The notes below the pieces were generated by a model, which was not told where the DNA came from, searched no databases, and saw nothing but the letters and a program-made list of their open reading frames with translations. The position numbers and the translations under genes are program-made. From a virus (Duplodnaviria > Caudoviricetes), in the IMG/VR virus record IMGVR_UViG_3300016672_000182, positions 1-37,534 of that record: DNA of 37,534 bases; one strand, written 5' to 3'. Position 1 is the first letter of the stretch, and each line of letters starts with the position of its first letter. Shown here in pieces: positions 34,767-37,534 of the stretch.

Positions 34767-34770
34767 TCAG

Positions 34771-35199
34771 ATGATTTTTTATAGCCCGACTACTTGCGGG
34801 TTTTACGAAAGTGGTCGTAATGCGGTAATTCCCGATGATGCTATAGAGGTTACGGCAGAAGAGCGGAATGAGCTTTTAGCAGGCCAGTCTGGCGAGAAAC
34901 TGATCGGAGTGGGGGGCGACGGCCGTCCTTTGTTGCTCGACAGGCCTGGGCCTACCCCGGAAAAGCTTGCTGAGTTAGAGCGTCGTTGGCGCGATAGTGA
35001 GCTGTCATTGGCGGCGAGCATGCGGGATCGTCACCGCGATCAGCTAGAAATCGAGGTGGAAACAACGTTGGCCGGCGAGCAATTCGCGGAGCTGTTGCGT
35101 TATATGCAGGCGCTGCGCGACTGGCCTCAGTCGCCCGACTTTCCTGATAGCCAGCACCGGCCTGCAGCGCCGCCCTGGATCGATGGCCAAGCCCAATAA
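34771..35199 (+). CDS. Tail fiber assembly chaperone
   Basis: FYS....GFY, IPDDAIEV, ER.WRD, Y.QALRDWPQ..DFP. Confidence 0.85.
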   Translation: MIFYSPTTCGFYESGRNAVIPDDAIEVTAEERNELLAGQSGEKLIGVGGDGRPLLLDRPGPTPEKLAELERRWRDSELSLAASMRDRHRDQLEIEVETTLAGEQFAELLRYMQALRDWPQSPDFPDSQHRPAAPPWIDGQAQ

Positions 35200-35229
35200 A
35201 CGCCCCGCACTGACGGGGCGTTTTCTTTT
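35198..35229 (+). terminator. Intrinsic terminator
   Basis: AAACGCCCCG-loop-CGGGGCG followed by TTTTCTTTT. Confidence 0.8.
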
Positions 35230-35249
35230 CTGCCTTTGAGACTAGCTAT

Positions 35250-35783
35250 ATGACTATCACCGAGCAGCAATTGCTGCTGATCCTCCCGAACGCCGGCCGC
35301 CAAGCCGGTGTTTTTGTTTCTGTGCTGAACACGGCCATGAACCGTTACGGCATCGTCGGCACGCCGCGCGCTGCTGCATTCATTGCTCAGGTTGGGCACG
35401 AGTCGGGCCAGTTGCAGTGGGTGCGCGAGATTTGGGGGCCTACAGCGCAGCAGGCCGGCTATGAAGGGCGCGCGGACCTGGGCAACACCGTGAAGGGTGA
35501 CGGCTCCAAGTATCGTGGCCGGGGCCTGATCCAGATCACTGGCCGAGCCAATTACTACGCGTGCGGGGAAGCCCTCAGCCTGAACCTGCTCAGCAAGCCC
35601 GAACTACTCGAGCAGCCACAGCACGCCGCGATGTCGGCGGCATGGTTTTGGTCTACGAAAGGCCTGAACACGTTAGCGGACCTGGGCGAGTTCGTGAAGA
35701 TTACCCGCCGCATCAATGGGGGACTGAACGGCCTGGCCGACCGCCAGGCGCTGTACGATAAGGCGCTGAAGGTGCTGGCATGA
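35250..35783 (+). CDS. Endolysin, glycoside hydrolase family 19
   Basis: AAFIAQVGHESG, YRGRGLIQITGR.NY, ITRRINGG.NGL.DR. Confidence 0.95.
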   Translation: MTITEQQLLLILPNAGRQAGVFVSVLNTAMNRYGIVGTPRAAAFIAQVGHESGQLQWVREIWGPTAQQAGYEGRADLGNTVKGDGSKYRGRGLIQITGRANYYACGEALSLNLLSKPELLEQPQHAAMSAAWFWSTKGLNTLADLGEFVKITRRINGGLNGLADRQALYDKALKVLA

Positions 35784-36304
35784 CGCCCGGGCAGATTCTG
35801 GGCGCGATCCTGCTGGCGATGGTCATCAGCGCCGCCGGCGCCTGGCAGGTGCAAGACTGGCGCTACGGCGGAAGGCTGGCGGATCAGGCCGACCAATTCA
35901 AGACGGATCTCGGCCTGGTCAGTGCTGCAGCAGCCAAACAGGCTCGCGACGAGACCGACAAGCGCCTGGCCCTAGAGCAGCAGCTCGCCGGCCAGGACCA
36001 ACAACACACCAGGGAATTATCCGATGCCCAACGCAACCAGGCTGTTTTGCGCGATCGTCTTGCCACTTCTGATCTGCGGCTGTCAGTCCTTCTCGACGCC
36101 GCCGATTCAGCCGGTGGCTGCAATGTGCCTGCCACCACCAGCACCGTTGGCGTGGTTCATGCAGCCCGTCGAGCCCAACTTGACCCAGCGCATGCTCAAC
36201 GAATTATCGCCATCACCGACGCCGGTGACCAAGGATTGATTGCGCTGCGAGCGTGCCAGGCATATGTCAGGGCGATAAGTCCCCTGACCAAAAATCAACC
36301 CTAA
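35780..36304 (+). CDS. Rz: Inner-membrane spanin
   Basis: N-terminal TM, coiled coil, LRACQAY ending. Confidence 0.88.
   Translation: MTPGQILGAILLAMVISAAGAWQVQDWRYGGRLADQADQFKTDLGLVSAAAAKQARDETDKRLALEQQLAGQDQQHTRELSDAQRNQAVLRDRLATSDLRLSVLLDAADSAGGCNVPATTSTVGVVHAARRAQLDPAHAQRIIAITDAGDQGLIALRACQAYVRAISPLTKNQP
36024..36239 (+). CDS. Rz1: Outer-membrane spanin lipoprotein embedded in Rz
   Basis: +1 frame inside Rz; hydrophobic signal with lipobox-like ICGC; Pro-rich. Confidence 0.8.
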   Translation: MPNATRLFCAIVLPLLICGCQSFSTPPIQPVAAMCLPPPAPLAWFMQPVEPNLTQRMLNELSPSPTPVTKD

Positions 36305-36337
36305 AAAAGCGAAGCCCCGGCATTTAGCCAGGGCTTC
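36303..36337 (-). terminator. Terminator for the tRNA-like transcript
   Basis: Minus strand GAAGCCCTGG-loop-CCGGGGCTTC, then GC and T6. Confidence 0.75.
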
Positions 36338-36339
36338 TG

Positions 36340-36412
36340 AATGGATTGAGGGAATCGAACCCCCGACGCGCGGATTTCAAGGCCGCCGCTCTACCAACTG
36401 AGCTAAATCCCC
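36340..36412 (-). tRNA. Atypical tRNA / tRNA-like gene, anticodon UGA, short variable loop, no encoded CCA
   Basis: GGGGATT TA GCTC AGTTGGTA GAGC G GCGGC CTTGAAA TCCGC GCGTC GGGGG TTCGATT CCCTC AATCCAT T: canonical D and T arms; mismatches at 2:71 and 31:39. Confidence 0.85.
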
Positions 36413-36439
36413 ATTTACCGTGCAAGACGGAGTGGCAAA

Positions 36440-36469
36440 ACTATAAGCAAGGCAAAGTGCCACTGTCAA
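36440..36469 (-). promoter_or_regulatory. Sigma70 promoter for the tRNA-like gene
   Basis: TTGACA (36469-36464)-18 bp-TATAGT (36445-36440). Confidence 0.8.
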
Positions 36470-37146
36470 CCTGATCGCTCGATTAAGCTTGAGCCCTTGT
36501 TCCTTACATTGCCTACGGCACTGTCGACCCTGAACCACTCGAATGCCTCGGCCGGCTCGCCCTGGTGCAGCACAATCTGTTCGGCGCGCTCTTTGGGCGT
36601 GGCCTGGTCCAGCCATTCCCGGGCCAGGTCCGGAGTCAGCACCACGGGTCGCCGGTCGTGGATGTCCACCATGCCGCCGGCGCTGTCGGCGGTGATGATT
36701 ACGAAGCCGTCATGCTCGCCTGGGCCTTCGTCGGCGTCGGGTAGTTGGCCGATGGCAGCACATAGCACTGGTGCACCGTCGCGTCGACGGATCAGGTAGG
36801 GCTGCTTCTTGGGGCCACCTTCATCGACCCATTCAAACCAGTTATCGATGGGCGTAATTGCCCGGTGCGGCCAGATCGCCCGGAAGAACGGCCCGTGCGC
36901 TACCTTCTCCACGCGGGCATTGATCGGCGCGGCGCGGCCTTTCGCCCAGTGTGGCCGCCATCCCCAGCGCACGGAATCGGCGTGCAACAGGTCACCCTGG
37001 ATGTGGAGGAGTGCGACCTGGGTGGAAGGGGCGACGTTATAGCGCTCAATGGGCTGATCACCCACGGAATTCGCCAGGGCATTGGGCATGCTCAGCGCTG
37101 CAACGAAATCGTGGATGCCCCGATACTGTGAAAGCCTTCCGCACAT
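36466..37146 (-). CDS. SOS response-associated peptidase (SRAP, YedK/HMCES family)
   Basis: MCGR N-terminus, RYNVAP, INARVE, WFEW, KQPY, IHDR.P. Confidence 0.93.
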   Translation of the reverse strand: MCGRLSQYRGIHDFVAALSMPNALANSVGDQPIERYNVAPSTQVALLHIQGDLLHADSVRWGWRPHWAKGRAAPINARVEKVAHGPFFRAIWPHRAITPIDNWFEWVDEGGPKKQPYLIRRRDGAPVLCAAIGQLPDADEGPGEHDGFVIITADSAGGMVDIHDRRPVVLTPDLAREWLDQATPKERAEQIVLHQGEPAEAFEWFRVDSAVGNVRNKGSSLIERSG

Positions 37147-37174
37147 GATCCTTCCCTCCAAGCATCAACTCAGG

Positions 37175-37534
37175 CTAGCTGGCACTGGGTGGTTGAGCTT
37201 GTCGAATCTCGCCCAGAAGCCGCTGGTTCTCCCTGAACAGGTGGTCACGCTGCTGGGTAATCAAGTCGATACTTAGAAAGCTTCCTCTGTCAGATGACTC
37301 ATTGCTCATCGCCGATATACGCTCAAGGGCATCCTTCAGCGCCGCCTCTGCTGATGCTTTACCGCTGGCGAGCAGATCATTCATCTGCACCAGGCCCGCC
37401 ACGTTCGCCCGAGCTTTTCGAAGCATGGCGTGGGTCTGAATGAGCTCATCCTCGAGCAATGCGCACTGGTGCTTGTACATTTCCAGAGGCGTCGGGCATC
37501 CGAGCCACTCGCAGGTGTCTTCATTGAGGTTCAT
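37175..37534 (-). CDS. Hypothetical coiled-coil protein
   Basis: 119-aa ORF whose ATG is at the window edge; upstream signals not visible. Confidence 0.7.
   Translation of the reverse strand: MNLNEDTCEWLGCPTPLEMYKHQCALLEDELIQTHAMLRKARANVAGLVQMNDLLASGKASAEAALKDALERISAMSNESSDRGSFLSIDLITQQRDHLFRENQRLLGEIRQAQPPSAS

Larger units (their letters stand above)
1..37534. mobile_element. Temperate prophage (lambdoid early region, HK97-type head, Mu-like contractile tail)
   Basis: Ordered modules: int, immunity, replication, Q, holin, packaging, head, tail, lysis. No host housekeeping genes; ends not resolved in the window. Confidence 0.97.

Noticed and set aside
15720-36304. Split lysis cassette and HK97 head with Mu-like tail as novelty
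   Set aside because: Both arrangements are established (R-type pyocin-like holin/lysin separation; SfV/P27-like morphogenesis).
23466-36304. Tailocin interpretation
   Set aside because: Complete head, terminase, replication and integrase genes are present.
36340-36412. tRNA-like gene as the prophage att site or a host tRNA
   Set aside because: No duplicate fragment elsewhere in the window, prophage-type genes continue beyond it, and it has its own promoter and terminator.

Overview
The window is a nearly complete temperate prophage, most likely from Pseudomonas (gene content and codon usage). It runs from the integrase stop codon at base 1 to accessory genes beyond the lysis module; no att core was identified in the window. 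The early region is lambdoid: int/xis, a large C5 DNA methyltransferase, DUF2303-like genes, a TerB-family gene, cI/cro/cII with six CAAG-N4-CTTG-type operators, a replication initiator with internal iterons, DnaB, a second tyrosine recombinase and Q. The late region has a holin, HNH, terminases, an HK97-type head and a Mu-like contractile tail with a -1 frameshift chaperone. A GH19 endolysin and Rz/Rz1 are separated from the holin by about 19 kb. The least ordinary elements are: (1) a stand-alone promoter/tRNA-like RNA/terminator unit with a Ser(UGA) anticodon on a short-variable-arm body and a broken acceptor end; (2) about 1.25 kb of the pL transcript packed with structured RNA modules, including a consensus boxA, two covarying repeats bracketing the TerB gene and an SD-AUG-UAA minigene, with no recognisable N gene; (3) a LexA-boxed gene inside the immunity region beside a CI with a Met-Gly putative cleavage site; (4) a methyltransferase with eight tandem P-x-x-T-[IV] modules; (5) three AT-rich morons. 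All family assignments are from motif recognition by eye, not database searches.
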